Source: Hemiscyllium ocellatum | Taxonomy: Eukaryota | Direction: 5' to 3' | NCBI RefSeq assembly: GCF_020745735.1 | Contig: NC_083428.1 | Span: forward strand, 25,854,001 to 25,918,000 | Length of the DNA stretch: 64,000 nt | Part shown: positions 11,075-24,589 of the stretch, one piece after another | How positions within the stretch are numbered: the stretch's first letter is position 1 | Layout: each line of letters begins with the position of its first letter | Notes under the pieces: model-generated | Told to the model about the DNA's origin: nothing | The model's database searches: none | The model's input: only the letters and a program-made list of their open reading frames with translations | Position numbers and translations under genes: made by a program

Positions 11075-14035
11075 AAGCCCATATCCCTCCAGACCCTTCC
11101 TATTCATATACCCATCCAAATGCCTCTTAAATGTTGCAATTGTACCAGCCTGCATCATTTCCTCTGGCACCTCATTCCATACATGTACAACCCTCTGCAT
11201 GAAAAAGTTGCCCCTCAGGTCTGTTTTATATTTTTCCCCTTTCACCCTAAACCTATGCCCTCTAGTTCTGGACTCCCTGACCCCAGGGAAAAGACTTTGT
11301 CTATTTATCCTATCCATGTCCCTCATGATTTTGTAAACCTCTGTAAGGTCACCCCTCAACCTCTGACGGTCCAGGCAAAACAGCCCCAGCCTGTTCAGCC
11401 TCTCCCTGTAGCTCAAATTCTCTAACCCTGGCAACATTCTTGTAAATCTTTTCTGAACCCTTTCAAATTTCACAACATCTTTCCAATTGGAAGGAGACCA
11501 GAATTGCACACAATATTTCAACAGTAGCCTAATCAATGTCCTGTAGAGCTGCAACATGACTTCCCAACTCCTGTACTCAATACTCTGACCAATAAAAGAA
11601 AGCATTCCAATCACCTTCTTCACTATCATATCTATCTGTGACTCCACTTTCAAGGAGCTATGATTTTCTTTCCCAAAATGCAGCACCTCGCATTTATCTG
11701 AATTAAACTCCATCTGCCACTTCTTTGCCCATTGTCCAATCTGGTCAAGATCCTGTTGTAATCTCAGGTAATCTTCTTCGCTGTCCACTACACCTCCAAT
11801 TTTGGTGTCATCTGCAAACTTACTAACTGTACCTCTTATGCTCACATCCAAATCAATTATGTAAATGACAAAAAGTAGCGGACCCAGCACCGATCTTTGT
11901 GGCACTCCATTGGTTACAGGCCTCCAGTCTGAAAAACAACCCTCCACCACAACCTTCTGTCTTCTACCTTTGAGCCAGTTCTGTATCCAGATGGCTAGTT
12001 CTCCCTGTATTCCACGAGATCTAACCTTGGTAACCAGTCTCTCATGGGGAAACTTTTTGAATGTTTTACTGAAGTCCATATAGATCACATCTACTACTCT
12101 GCCCTCATCAATCCTCTTTGTTACTTCTTCAAAAAAGTCAAACAACTTTGTGAGATATGATTTCCCATGCACAAAGCCATGTTGACTATCCCTAATCACT
12201 CCTTGCCTGTCCAAATACATGTATATCCTGTCCCTTAGGATTCCCTCCAACAACTTGCCCACCACCGACGTCAGGCTGCTCATTGGTCTATAGTTCCCTG
12301 GCTTGTCCTTACCACCCTTCTTAAACAGTGGCACCATGATGTCCAACCTCCAGCCTTCCAGCACCTCACCTGTGACTATCAATGATACAAATATCTCAGC
12401 AAGAGGCCCAGCAATCACTTCTCTAGCTTCCCATGGAGTTCTAGGGTACACCTGATCAGGTCCTGGGGAGTTTTCCACCTTTATGCATTTCAAGACATCC
12501 AGCACTTCCTCCGCTGTAATCTGGATATTTTGAAAGATGTCACCATCTATTTCCCTACAGTCTATATCTTCCGTATCCTTTTTCACAGTAAATACTGATG
12601 CAAACTACTTGTTTAGTATCTCCTCCATTTTCTGCAGCTCCACACAAAGGCGGCCTTGCTGATCTTTGAGGGGCCCTATTCTCTCCCTAGTTACCCCTTT
12701 GTCCTTAATGTATTTGTAAAAACCCTTTGGATTCTCCTTAATTCTATTTGCCAAAGCTATCTCATGTCCCCTTTTTGCGCTTCTGATTTCCCTCTTAAGT
12801 ATACTCCTACTGCCTTTCTACTCTTCCAAGCATTCACTCGATCTATCCTGTCTATACGTTACATATGCTTCCCTCTTTTTATTAACCAAACCCTCAATTT
12901 CTTTAGTCATCCAGCATTCCCTATACCTACCAGCCTTCCCTTTCACCCTAACAGGAATATACTTTCTCTTGATTCTCGTTATCTCATTCCTGAAGACTTC
13001 CCATTTTCCAGCTGTCCCTTTACCTGCGAATATCTGCCCCCAATCAGCTTTTGAAAGTTCTTGCCTAATACTATCAAAATTAGCCTTTCTCCAATTTAGA
13101 AATTCAACTTTCAGATAGTTTAAATCTAATGGAATTATGGTCGCTGGCCCCAATGTGCTCCCCCACTGATACCTCAGTCACCTGCCCTGCCTTATTTCCC
13201 CAAGAGTAGGTCAAGTTTTGCACCTTCCCTAGTAGGTCCATCCACATGCTGAATCAGAAAATGCTTTCGTACACACCTAACAAGTTCCTCTCTATCTAAA
13301 CCCTTAACACTATGGCAGTCCCAGTCTATGTTTAGAAAGTTAAAATCCCCTACCATAACTAACTTATTATTCTTCCAGATAGCTGAGATCTCCTTACAAG
13401 TTTGTTCCTCAATTTCCCTCTGACTATTAGGGGGGGTCTATAATACAGTCCCAATAAGGTGATCACCCCTTTCTTATTTCTCAGTTCCACCCAAATAACT
13501 TCCCTGGATGTATTTCCAGGAATATCTTCCCTCATCACAGCTGTAATGCTATTCCTTATCAAAAATGCCACTCCCCCTCCTCTCTTGCCTCCCTTTATAT
13601 CCTTCCTGTACCATTTGTAACCTGGAACATTAAGCTGCCAGTCCTGCCCATCCCTGAGCCATGTTTCTGTAATTGCTATGATATCCCAGTCCCATGGTTT
13701 TAACCATGCCGTGAGTTCATCTGCTTTCCCCGTTAGGTCCCTTGCATTGAAATGAATGCAGTTTAATATATTAGTCTTACCTTGTCCCTGCCTGCCCTGA
13801 CTGTTTGACTCTCTTCTGTTCCCAACTGTACCAGTGTCAGATTGATTTCTTTCCTCACTATCTCCCTGGGTCCCACCAACCCCCCACCATCTCCCCCACC
13901 CCTCCCTCCTCCACCTTACTAGTTTAAATCCTCCCGAGCAGCTCTAGCAAATCTCCCTGACAGTGTATTAATCCCCTTCCAATTTAGGTGCAATTTGTCC
14001 TTCTTGTACAGATCACTTCTACCCCAAAAGAGATT
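11075..14035 (-). mobile_element. CR1 (HER1-like) LINE, APE endonuclease + RT, frameshifted
   Basis: 526-aa ORF 11006..12586 carries RT motifs (QHGF, YMDFSK, GVPQRSVLGP, KFADDTK). Endonuclease fragments lie upstream (13359..13571 WVELRNKKG...LYYRPP; 12818..13153). Confidence 0.95.
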
Positions 14036-15429
14036 CTTTGAAAAATCAAACTGTTGTTCCCACAGCACTATGAATGTGTTAATCAGTTAATTAAAGTAAT
14101 AATAACAGCTTTCAAATATTTCACATTATTATTCTTGTTCAAAAATGCATTTAGATGTTGATGAAAGAGATTGGAAAAGAACAACTTATAACCATTAAAA
14201 TATATCATTGAAACAAAGTTAACAATTCACTTGTCAATACCAATTTGCTACTGAGCTACTGCTTTTATTTCTCTGGGCTGTCAGCTATGGGCATGGCAGA
14301 GGCATGATGGGCCATAGTGACTGGGTAGGGAGATGCTATAGTTGGTATTCAGGGATTGAGTGTTAGGGGGACTAACTGCTTTAATTACAACTGGAGCCAA
14401 GTCCCAGAGAACCAAGTCCTGCGTTCAAGACAGCTCCACCTCAGTAAACTCTTTGGCTGTCTGGTATCTGTTTCTCAAATTCCTATACTGTATCTGCTGT
14501 TCCAAATTCCTCCAGCAATAATCCTGTAGCAAAATTGTAAAATTGCATGTGATCGTTAAACAAAGGGAAGTCTGTAGAATTGGGAGGTTTACTTGGTCAC
14601 AAAAATTTGACCTTTAGCTGCCAGGTCCCACTCTAAATTCTTTATCATATAAACTAGGCCATGCAATATTAAGGATGCCATATTTCTAAACTAGACTTTA
14701 AACTGGGGTCCAAAATGCCATCTCAGTAGATGTAAAATAAACCTACCATGGCAAAAGTGTTCTCATTGGCATCGTAATCACTAGTTGTAGTTCAAACAAG
14801 ACCACTGATAACAAATACATCCAGTTGCTCTATGTTGAATGAGTGCACATTGGCATCCTATATTACAACAGTGACTACACTTTTAAAGTCCAGTCTTAGC
14901 TGTGATGGACAGGAAGGGCTTTCCTAGGTAATGAAGGTCATTGTTTTTTTTAAACAACTGGAGATGGAAGAGGAACGTAATAAAAGATAGCAGATAAAGA
15001 AAGATGTTCACATGAGACCATTTCCTCATAACAGAGCGGGTCAGCCAAGAAGAATCATCTTGACATGAAACGTTAGCTTGTTCTCTCCATGGATGCTGTG
15101 ATCTCCAACATTTGTTGTTTTCAGAGCAACTTCCAGCATCTGCAGTAACTAGTTCCTCCTCTCTGGATTTACCTGAGGAACAGTTTATCAGGAGGATACT
15201 GAACCTCTCTGGAAGACCATCATAGAAATCTGCAGACTTCTGCAATAAACTAATAAAACTTACTGCCTAATTGTTTCACAGATGTTTAATTTTGGGTTCT
15301 GTTTCTGATGCTTATTTAAAAATTGAGTCAGTCCAATGTCCTTTGATTGATGGAGTCCAATACAAATTACAACAATAAAAAGGAGTATGTTTCTGCCTCA
15401 GAAGTAATGCAAATTTTCTAAAGACAGCG

Positions 15430-16125
15430 AGGAGGTGCCACAGAATAGATTGTTACTTAAGGTTCAAACTCATGAGATTGTGGATAATATATTAGCATGG
15501 AGTGAAGACAGACAAAGAAAGATTTGGAATAAGCGGGTCATATTTGGTTTGGCAGGTGGTAAATTGTGGGATATTGGAAGAATCAAACTATATGGGAAAG
15601 TGAGTCGAGAGAAGGATCAAAAGGGATTAAGTGAATGAATGAGAAGGTAGCAGGTAGAGCACATTATTAAGATAAGGGAAATTACCCATTTTGGTTCAGA
15701 GAATAGAAAAACAGACTTTTTTTCTTAAGGTGGAATGACAAGTAAATGTTGGTATTTAGGGATTGAGTGATCATGTGCACAAATCTCAGAAAGTTAATGT
15801 GCAATAAGTAAATAAATGTTTTGTCAGTTTTGTTGTAAAGAGTAGTGAAAATGAACTAAGGACATCTTGCTGCACCTATACAGGGCTTTGCTGAGAAAAA
15901 TGCTTTTCACTAAGGAACTTTGAACCTTTCAAAGTATTTATTCCAGATGGCTGCAGATGCTCAGTCATTGACTATATTCAATACTGAGATCGATAGAATT
16001 ATGACACTTAAGGAACCAAGGTATAAGGAGAGAGAGTGCAATAAGTTGAATTAGAAGACCAATCATGATCTCACTTGAATAACAAAGCAGGATCAAAGGC
16101 TGATATGGCCTACTTCTTAGGCTCT
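15430..16125 (+). mobile_element. Highly decayed CR1 fragments
   Basis: VPQNRLLLKVQTH...ILAW RT remnant and a CR1-like 3' tail. Confidence 0.6.
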
Positions 16126-16586
16126 GATATATAAAAGGCCCACCTGCAAAACATCTGGCAGACCACATGGGAATGCCTCATTTGATAAATGGCATGTGAA
16201 CAGATTTTGAGTTCAAATTTACAAATGATATTGAATCATGTCAAATAAAGAGTCCAATGTGTATTTTAACAGTGGGTAATCTTATAGAAAATTGGCTGAG
16301 TGTAATTTCAGTGCCAATAATAACAGAACACAATGGTATGACACTTCCTGAATACATCTTGTGCACTATCCATCATGCCATTTATGGCGAACAGGATTTT
16401 AATTTAAAATAGTCATCAGACCAATACAGCAACATCTGGTAAGCCATAATTTAGAAATCCTAAGTTTCCAACATTTTATTTAAACTATTTACATCTCGGA
16501 GATTCCCAGTGTGTCACATGTTGATGTAAAAAAGGAAAGGTCACAATTGTGCTACCAAACCTTAGTTTGGCTTTCACATTACAGAA

Positions 16587-16611
16587 AGAGAGAGAGAGAG
16601 AGAGAGAGAGA
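16587..16611. repeat. (AG)n microsatellite
   Basis: Direct reading. Confidence 0.95.
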
Positions 16612-17475
16612 TGCCTCAGGTCCAACAGAAAACAAACAGAACTGTAATATCCTCTTCGATCAATTCTAGAGTGTCTTTCACAAAAGTTTTGTCCATTCAC
16701 AAACTGTGTTAGGTTTCAGTTGCAAATCCCCGCCTCATGCTGGCAAGTAATAATCAATGAGGAAGACATCAAAGTCAACATTCATATCATTTTGTTCACA
16801 CCATGCTGACAACATTCATTTACTTTTGTAAAATTTGCCAGTTCCTTAAGGGTTTTTCCACAGAGGTTTGTGCTACACACCCAGTTGACTTACGCCTAAA
16901 CTATTATATGGCATGTGATTACTGCAGTGTGAAGCCACAACCCATAAGGCTACCTATAATTAATTATTCATTCTATTCAACTCCAACAATTGCAGTGCTC
17001 TATTTATATCCCCTCCCAATTCAGTGATAAATAGGTGATCACTTTTAGCACTTTGTCATGATTACTAATCCTAAATACTGCATTCAGTAAACTATGTTTT
17101 GATTACCACACACCTTGTACACATGAAAACTTGTCACTTCACACACTAGATACCTGCCAGAATTTTCTCTAACATTTGTGTTGTTGCTCCTTCCTAGCTG
17201 CTTTGATGTGGAGTTAGCCAAATCTGATTCTTACATCCTTCTCAAACAAGTGTCAAGAATTAGCGTGGGCAGTATGTGTGTGTACCTGCCATATTATAAT
17301 GTGATCAGTTTCACTCACCAACTGACAAGTCTGTGAATTGCAAACAGCATCTCTGTCTTTATATTACCACATTAATCAATATCCAGAAAGAAGTTGAAAT
17401 GATGTTACATTTTGTTCTCTTTCATCTTGCCGACATCTCTTCCCCCGATATAATTCTTCTGCCTGAATCCAGGGA

Positions 17476-17671
17476 AAAAGTCAGAGGTCACATGACACAG
17501 GCTATAGTCTAACAGGTTTATTTAAAATCACAAGTTTTCAGAGTGCTGTTCCTTTGTCAGGTGCAGTGCTCCAAAAGCTTGTGATTTTAAATAAACCTGG
17601 TGGACTACAACTTGGTGGCATGTATCTTCTGGTTTTGTCCACCCCAGTCCAACACCAGCATCACCACATCA
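17476..17671. mobile_element. Palindromic non-autonomous element with a decayed hammerhead motif (AGCT family)
   Basis: ~70-bp inverted arms. Reverse complement of ~17528-17563 reads cacCTGACAAaggaacagcactctGAAAACTTgtg. Same family as 20160 and 56626. Confidence 0.75.
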
Positions 17672-18104
17672 TCCAGACTACTCAATGCATAATAGGTTAT
17701 AAAGGAGCATGTGAAAAGTTTGGGGGTCCTGTATTGCACAGAGGATTTCTCTCTCCTGGAGTTCTACTGTTTAAAAGCAAGCAATTAATCATCTCAAATC
17801 TTGCTTGTTACCTGTCAGAGCATTGGTTTAATCTAAGTTGTTATCTTTGCAGAGTGAAACATAATATACAAATATAATTCCATTTGTTCACTTTGGTCAC
17901 TTTAAGCCACTAAACTGATGAGGCACATTTATTTTGTTCTTTAATTGCTAAATGCCATTGGCACATATTGGCCTTTCATGGGTGTTGGCTTCTTACATGG
18001 GCAGGACAAAATATTTTCATCAATCATCTTATGTTGTTGATTTCCAAAGAATAGGCCTCCAGTAAATGTGTTGCATAATAAGAGGCCAGAACACTACATC
18101 AAGT

Positions 18105-18370
18105 CATAGAGTCATTGAGATGTACAGTATCCTTCCCCTCTCAAGCTGAACTTATGTCCTCTAGTTCTGGACTCCTCCACCTCAAGGAAAATACTTATCT
18201 ATCTACCCTATCCATGCCCCTCATGATTTTATAAACCTCTATAAGGTCACCCCTGAGCCTCTGATGTTCCGGGGAAAACAGCCTCAGCCTATTCAACCTC
18301 TCCCTATGCTCAAACCCTCCAATGCTGGCAACATCCTTGTAAGTCTTTTCTGAACCCTTTCAAGTTTCAT
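18105..18370 (-). mobile_element. CR1 3' fragment
   Basis: Close match to the 11230-11470 segment of the large CR1. Confidence 0.85.
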
Positions 18371-19469
18371 ATTGCCTTGTAGAGACCAAAATCAGCAAAA
18401 CACCTCATGTTGCTTATAAAATTATAATTTATTGGGTCAGTATTCTGAATAAAAATGTTTTTCAGCCATTTATTAGATAGTGCCTTGGACTTGTGTGCTT
18501 ACTTTCTATAAATTATGATGATTCTTATGTTTGACCATTGAGGTTGATCTTTAAGTACAAGAGAAATAGAGAATTAAGTGACAGCAGTATTCCTTAGTGT
18601 GTATGTGTTACTTATGAGTTTCTGTTCTGTTCAATCAGAAGTATTGAAGATAATATTCCAGAGTAGACAATAAAGCCAAGGAGAATTGAAAAAGAGGATG
18701 AGTAGCATTGATAAGAAAGGTTATTATCAGGGCATTTGTAGAAAGAATCTTGGGTCAGAAAATCAGTTTGGATGGAGATAAGAAACAGCAAGAATTAGAA
18801 AACACAAATTAATTTTGTGACATGTCTGAAGGTTAATAATTTAAATTTTCCAACATAAGCATTTAAATTTTTCAGATATAAAAGTTGATGGTTATTAATG
18901 TAGAAATGAGAAAGTGTTGTCCCTTCTCTTAGGATCAATTGAGGAGAGGTGATTTGGTTCCATCTTTTCAACCCCTTGGTTGGTTTTCAGCTTGAAATTT
19001 TACATCTCTACAAGTAAAATGTAGTCAACTAATTTCAACAGCAGTAGTAACAAATTTATTAGTAAAAGCAAGAATAATTATATTATCTGCCAAAAAAAGA
19101 CATGCATCAAACATACACAAACACAAAGTTAAAAATGGAATAGAGTCAAGATATAAGGAAGATGAAAGAAATACATTGTGTTAAGTCCTTAAGATTCCCT
19201 TGGTGCGTGAGATGTGAACCTGAAACCATGATTGTTTGATTCGTGTCCTGAATTACTAGCAGTAGCAATTACTTCAGTTATCCTTTTAGTTCTCAGTGCT
19301 TTTTAACCAGCACTGTAATCTGGTGTTTTTTTTCTTGAAAGACAGGGAGGAGCTTTTTCAGTTGATTTCAGTCCACAGTCAAAAATCTGCCTTCTCTCTT
19401 CAGTTACAGTGAACTGCTTGAAATATAAGCTTGTTTGAATAAATCTATGCCTGCATTCACTGTCTCCAA

Positions 19470-20150
19470 GAAAATAAGGACATAAGAACATAAAAGCAGG
19501 AATAGGGAAGTAAGCCCCACAATTCTGCTGTACCATTTAATATGATCACAGTTGATCACATCTCATCATCAACTCCACTTTCCTGCCCACTCTCCATAAT
19601 GATTCATCCTATTACAAATGAAAAATCTATCTCCTCCATCAGTTTATTTGATGTTCCTGCATCCATGGCACTCTAGGGTAGTGAATTCCAAAGATACATT
19701 ATCATTTGAGTGAAGTAATTTCTCCCCATCTCTGTTTTAAATCTGATACCCTTTGTCCTAAAACCATGACTTCTCATTTTAGGTTGTCCCACACTGCCTC
19801 CAGTGTAGCTACATCACTGCTCAAGTAAGGGGACCAAAACTGTATGCAATATTCCAGGTGCAATCTTATTAATGCAATTGCAGTGACACTTCCCTACTTT
19901 TACACGCTATTTCTTTAGCAATAAATGACAAAAATTCAATTTGGCTTTCGTATTTCTGCTGGACATGCATACCGGTTTTTCGTGATTCATGCACGAGGAC
20001 ACCCAGATCCCTCTGCACCAAAACACTTTGATGCATCTGTCTTATCATACAGATAATTTGTATCTCTATTCTTTTGACCAAAATGGATTACCTCACACTT
20101 ATCCACGTTAAATTTCATCTGTCAAATTTTGACCATTCAGCTAATCTGTC
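19470..20150 (-). mobile_element. CR1 3' fragment
   Basis: acataag tail repeats; ORF 19869..20081 contains VQRDLGVLVHES. Confidence 0.8.
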
Positions 20151-20159
20151 CGTAATTTG

Positions 20160-20355
20160 GAGACACCAGTGTTGGACTGGGGTGTACAAAGTTAAAAATC
20201 ACACGACACCAGGTTATAGTCCAATTTATTTAGAAGCTCTAGCTTTCGGAGCACTGTTCCTTCATCACAACTACCTAATGAAGGAGCAGCACTCTGAAAG
20301 CTAGCGCTTCCAAATAAACCTGTTGGACTATAACCTGGTGTTGTGTGATTTTTAA
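20160..20355. mobile_element. Palindromic element with two oppositely oriented hammerhead motifs
   Basis: Arms 20192-20267 and 20276-20355 are reverse complements. Plus-strand motif: acCTAATGAaggagcagcactctGAAAGCTAgc. Minus-strand motif: tgTGATGAaggaacagtgctccGAAAGCTAga. Confidence 0.85.
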
Positions 20356-23300
20356 ATCAGTCCAGATTCCTTCATCTCAGCTTGGTACTTGCATATTTTC
20401 CTCTCCAACATATGAACATTTATATACAGGCGCAAATAAAATAGGAGATAAAGGCACTTTCAGAGCTTCTGTGGGCATGGGGAAGGAATTAAGGGACTTG
20501 CTGGCTGTTTCAGTGCCTTTGGATTAATTGTTAACTTTGGCTTGACTGCCTATTGTCTAATTCATGTTAAATTTTGGACGTTGTGGTCAGGTGATGCCTG
20601 TGGCCATTTGTCATATATCAATGCATCTGGTTCCTTTCTGTCAAACAATCAGTTTACAAGAATCCCTGGTTTAAATTGAATGGTGGGATCCATGTGCTTG
20701 GAAATCCAGTATGTTTGTTACTAAGTGTAAAGGTAGATTGCATGAAGCATTATAACAAAGGTAAGAATAGGTGTAGTGCTGAAACTATACTTAATGAAAA
20801 TTAAGACTTTTGCAATTATACAGAAGTTAGAATTAAATGCCACCTATCCCGAATCATGGAACCTCTCCCATCTATCAATGTTTGATTATGTGAGCACCTC
20901 GAAGAAACAACTACCTTTCACTCATAAACAAAACAATTTGCTAAATAACTTCTGTTAGAATGTTAACTGTTTCTGACTTCTATCTGCTCAAACTGTAACA
21001 ATAAGCTAAAACTGAAAGAATGTGACTTTCAGGATTCACCTCTGCCTGAACTGCTGCAAATATCTAAATGTCATATTCGTGACACAGACAGGGAGCAATT
21101 ACTGACATTATGACTAATTAAAGTCTCTTGGACTGAGTAAAATTTGTGATTAGCTCAAAAGATATTTAGCTTCATCATTCAAATTAATGTTTATTAGCAT
21201 TCAATACATGAGGAGTTGTCAATTTAATGCTGAAGGAATCCTACTCAATTAAACATTGAGTCAGCCGACAAACAAGGAGAAAAGCGGGCTCATACATGAA
21301 AAGCAACATAAAAAGTTTAGTGAAAACCAAACAGATATCTACCTATCAACCCATTGTTGAAATGAGACTCAATGATGAAACAGTAACTTCTAATAGTGCC
21401 AATATAGTGCTGAAATTCATAGGCATAAATTCTATTTCATCACTGAGTACATTAAAGAAATCCCTTTCCTTTTGCAGACACATGTGTAAATAGGTTTAGG
21501 ATGGAATACTATCACTTATGTCAAATTATGTAATTTCCACTTTTCTATCTACTTTTAACAATGTACTGTCACTGTTTAAGGTGATGCAATTTGTCAGGAC
21601 CTGTTTATTGGACAGAAGTAATTGTTTAAATTACTATGGCTCAATGAGATTTTTGTCAATAATTGACTATACCTTGAGATGTACTGAAGATACTGTTAAC
21701 ATGTTTCCATTGTTTTCCAAAAATCTTCTATTACTCCTGGAAAGGATTGTACTTCAGGAGCATTATTGATTTATTATCTAGTCATTTTACAATGCATTTT
21801 GCATTTGGAAATCTGGCTTTCACAAACTGTCCACTAGAAGATGAGGAAAAGCAGGGAAAGGATTACTCAAAGACAAATCAGACTATTCCTTACAATGGTA
21901 ACTTAAAACAGTTCTTGGAATCAATGACTAATTGCTATAACCATGTTTCTGCTATTTTACAATGGGTTTGATGAACTTTTGAATAAGTTACAGCAAGAAC
22001 CAAAATAGATTTTGAAGACTTCTGTCCACAGTAATTGGATGGACAGGAGCACAGAGTTGGAAAATAACCTTGCACAGAATAACTGCCAAAAAATGAATTA
22101 AGTCCAATATTAATTGATGTACTACAGGTTCATCCCCAAAATCTGTTAGCAATACACAAACCGGCTTCAGCCACCAGATTAGAAAAACAATGCCGATTAA
22201 CATTCTGATGCTGGGCTCCCAACCAAAACATTAACCCATTGCACAGAGACAATTTTCCAATTATAATTTGGGATAAGGTACATAATTGACAGCTTCTGCT
22301 CTGAAATAGAAAATTTCGAAAAATAGTTATGAGATGATCGAATTTTTTAAGCCTACCAGTTGTTCTATTTATCATCTGAAAAGAAAATGGCAGCCACAAT
22401 AAGATCACAGTTAATATCACTCTTTAATATATATTTACTGAAACTGACATCATCTTAGTGAAACCTTTAAACTGAACTTTTATGTGACAGAACAATTAGA
22501 GTCTCAATTGTAGGGAAACCACAATAGACCCACTTATTTATTTCAATTAATTAACTTTTCAATTTTTCTGACAGTCCTGCAACTCAACTCTAGCATTTGA
22601 TACTGTGTCATTACCACTAAATCTCTTTAACTCATAAGCATTTTGCTGGGATTAAGATAATTACTTCGAAGTGTGGTGCAGGCATTTGGCTGCTTTATTA
22701 ACCATTTGTTTAGCAGTTGAGTCGAAATGTTGTTGAACAATACCACAGAGATAATCTGTAAATATCTGTATATCTGTACATCTGTAAGTCTCCTGGAAAA
22801 CACCAATTTTTTTTTGAAAAAAAGCAAAAGTCTGCAGATGCTGGAAATCAGAAACAAAAGCAGAAAATTGCTTGAAAGTTTCAACAGGTCTGGCAGCAGC
22901 TGTGGAGAGAAATCAGAGTTCTTAGATACTGTTCTTAGATATTTAGAGACCAATATTTTTCTTTAATTAGAGGAGTGTTTTAGATTTTCAATCAAATCTG
23001 ACTCTTGAAAAGATAAAAATGGATCTTGGTCTCGAGATCATACATTCAAGATAAATAACTTTAATAATAATATGTAGCTGAATAAGAAATGTTTGGAGGG
23101 ATTTGGGCCAACTCAAACAGTGAGACTAGTTTAGTTTGAGATTATAGTCGGCATGGACGGTTGTACTGAAAAATCTGTTTCTGCGCCATTATGACTATAA
23201 CTCAATAACTAGATATAATTTATTTTCTTTCAGTTTTTCATTTGAAGTGATTGTAGCAATATATGTGATGGCAACAAATTGGCATAGGATAAACATATTT

Positions 23301-24535
23301 AGTGACTTGGTAATAATGTTTGGACAAGGTTGGAATGTAAATATACTTCCGATAAACCTGATTTAGAAATACAGAAGCTTCCCAAATTGACAAATATCAG
23401 GAAGTGGGAGATGTTTGCACTTCAAGGAAATGAAAGAGAAACGACTGCGAAATCTCACAGAATATTTATTTTTACATTTTTGAAGCAATGAGAGCCGATC
23501 CACTTTGGTGAACGGAACATTGGAGACAATATAAAATAGGTGGGACAATTCTAAAGGGGGAGGAGGAGCAAAGGGATCTGAATGTATTTTTGCACACACC
23601 ATTAAAGGTGGCAGGACAGGTAGATCAATTAATAAAGCCTACAGCGCCATCAGTTTTATTAATATGGGCCTAGAGTACAAGAATTAGTATTTAGGTGAAA
23701 ATATTTTCAAGGGGTATAGGGAATTAAGCAAGAGATTGGCAATGAACCAGTGTAGGCAATTTTCATTTTAATTATTTTCTTAACAAACAGAAAATAGGAA
23801 CATAAAGTCCCATGATACTACTTGATAAAGAAATATGATGACCCTTAACATGAATTAAAGAGCTGATGTGCTTGCTGCAATATCTAAAGGTTTTAGTTTA
23901 ATTAGAAATCTTTCATATGGAACTTTGTTAAATATTTTTGAAGTTTCAAATAAGCAGTATGAATAGGAGTCAATATCCACCTCACTAGCCATGTTTTAGA
24001 CACTAGGAGAGCACTGCAGAGAAATATGAAGCCAGGCAAGTGCATTCACAAAATTGCACAAATATGAATAGTTTGTAGTTGTCTGCATATAGATTTACTG
24101 TTTGATAAAGATATTATGTAAAGGTTACTATTGATTGTTTTTATTGTTGACAGTACCCAGTTTTCTCTGTTGGGAAAGCAATAACATTTCTTGCCAGACA
24201 AGAAGGCACACTGAACCTGATTGGATCCAAATAGGAGCCTGGACTCTTTTGGTGGTTTTTAATTGACCATACACTTAAGATCCTTACTTCACAATGAGTT
24301 AGAAAGGGCATCGATGGACTTTCTTGCTCAAGACTTAATTGCTGTGATGTTGAGAAGGGTGTCTCTCTGGTGACAGATTATTCATTGTCCTACTCTCCAT
24401 CTGCCCCACCTCTTCTCGGGAGGGAAATTCCTGCTCAACATTTCAAGTTGAGATGACCTTTCAGATGGTAAAACTACACTTCACTGATCTAGAGGTTGAT
24501 GGAAATTTTACCTCAGCTGGCTGTCAATGTCAGCC

Positions 24536-24560
24536 ATATATATATATATATATATATATA
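24536..24560. repeat. (TA)n microsatellite
   Basis: Direct reading. Confidence 0.95.
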
Positions 24561-24589
24561 GGGAGACAATAGCAACAGCCCTGGGTTAA

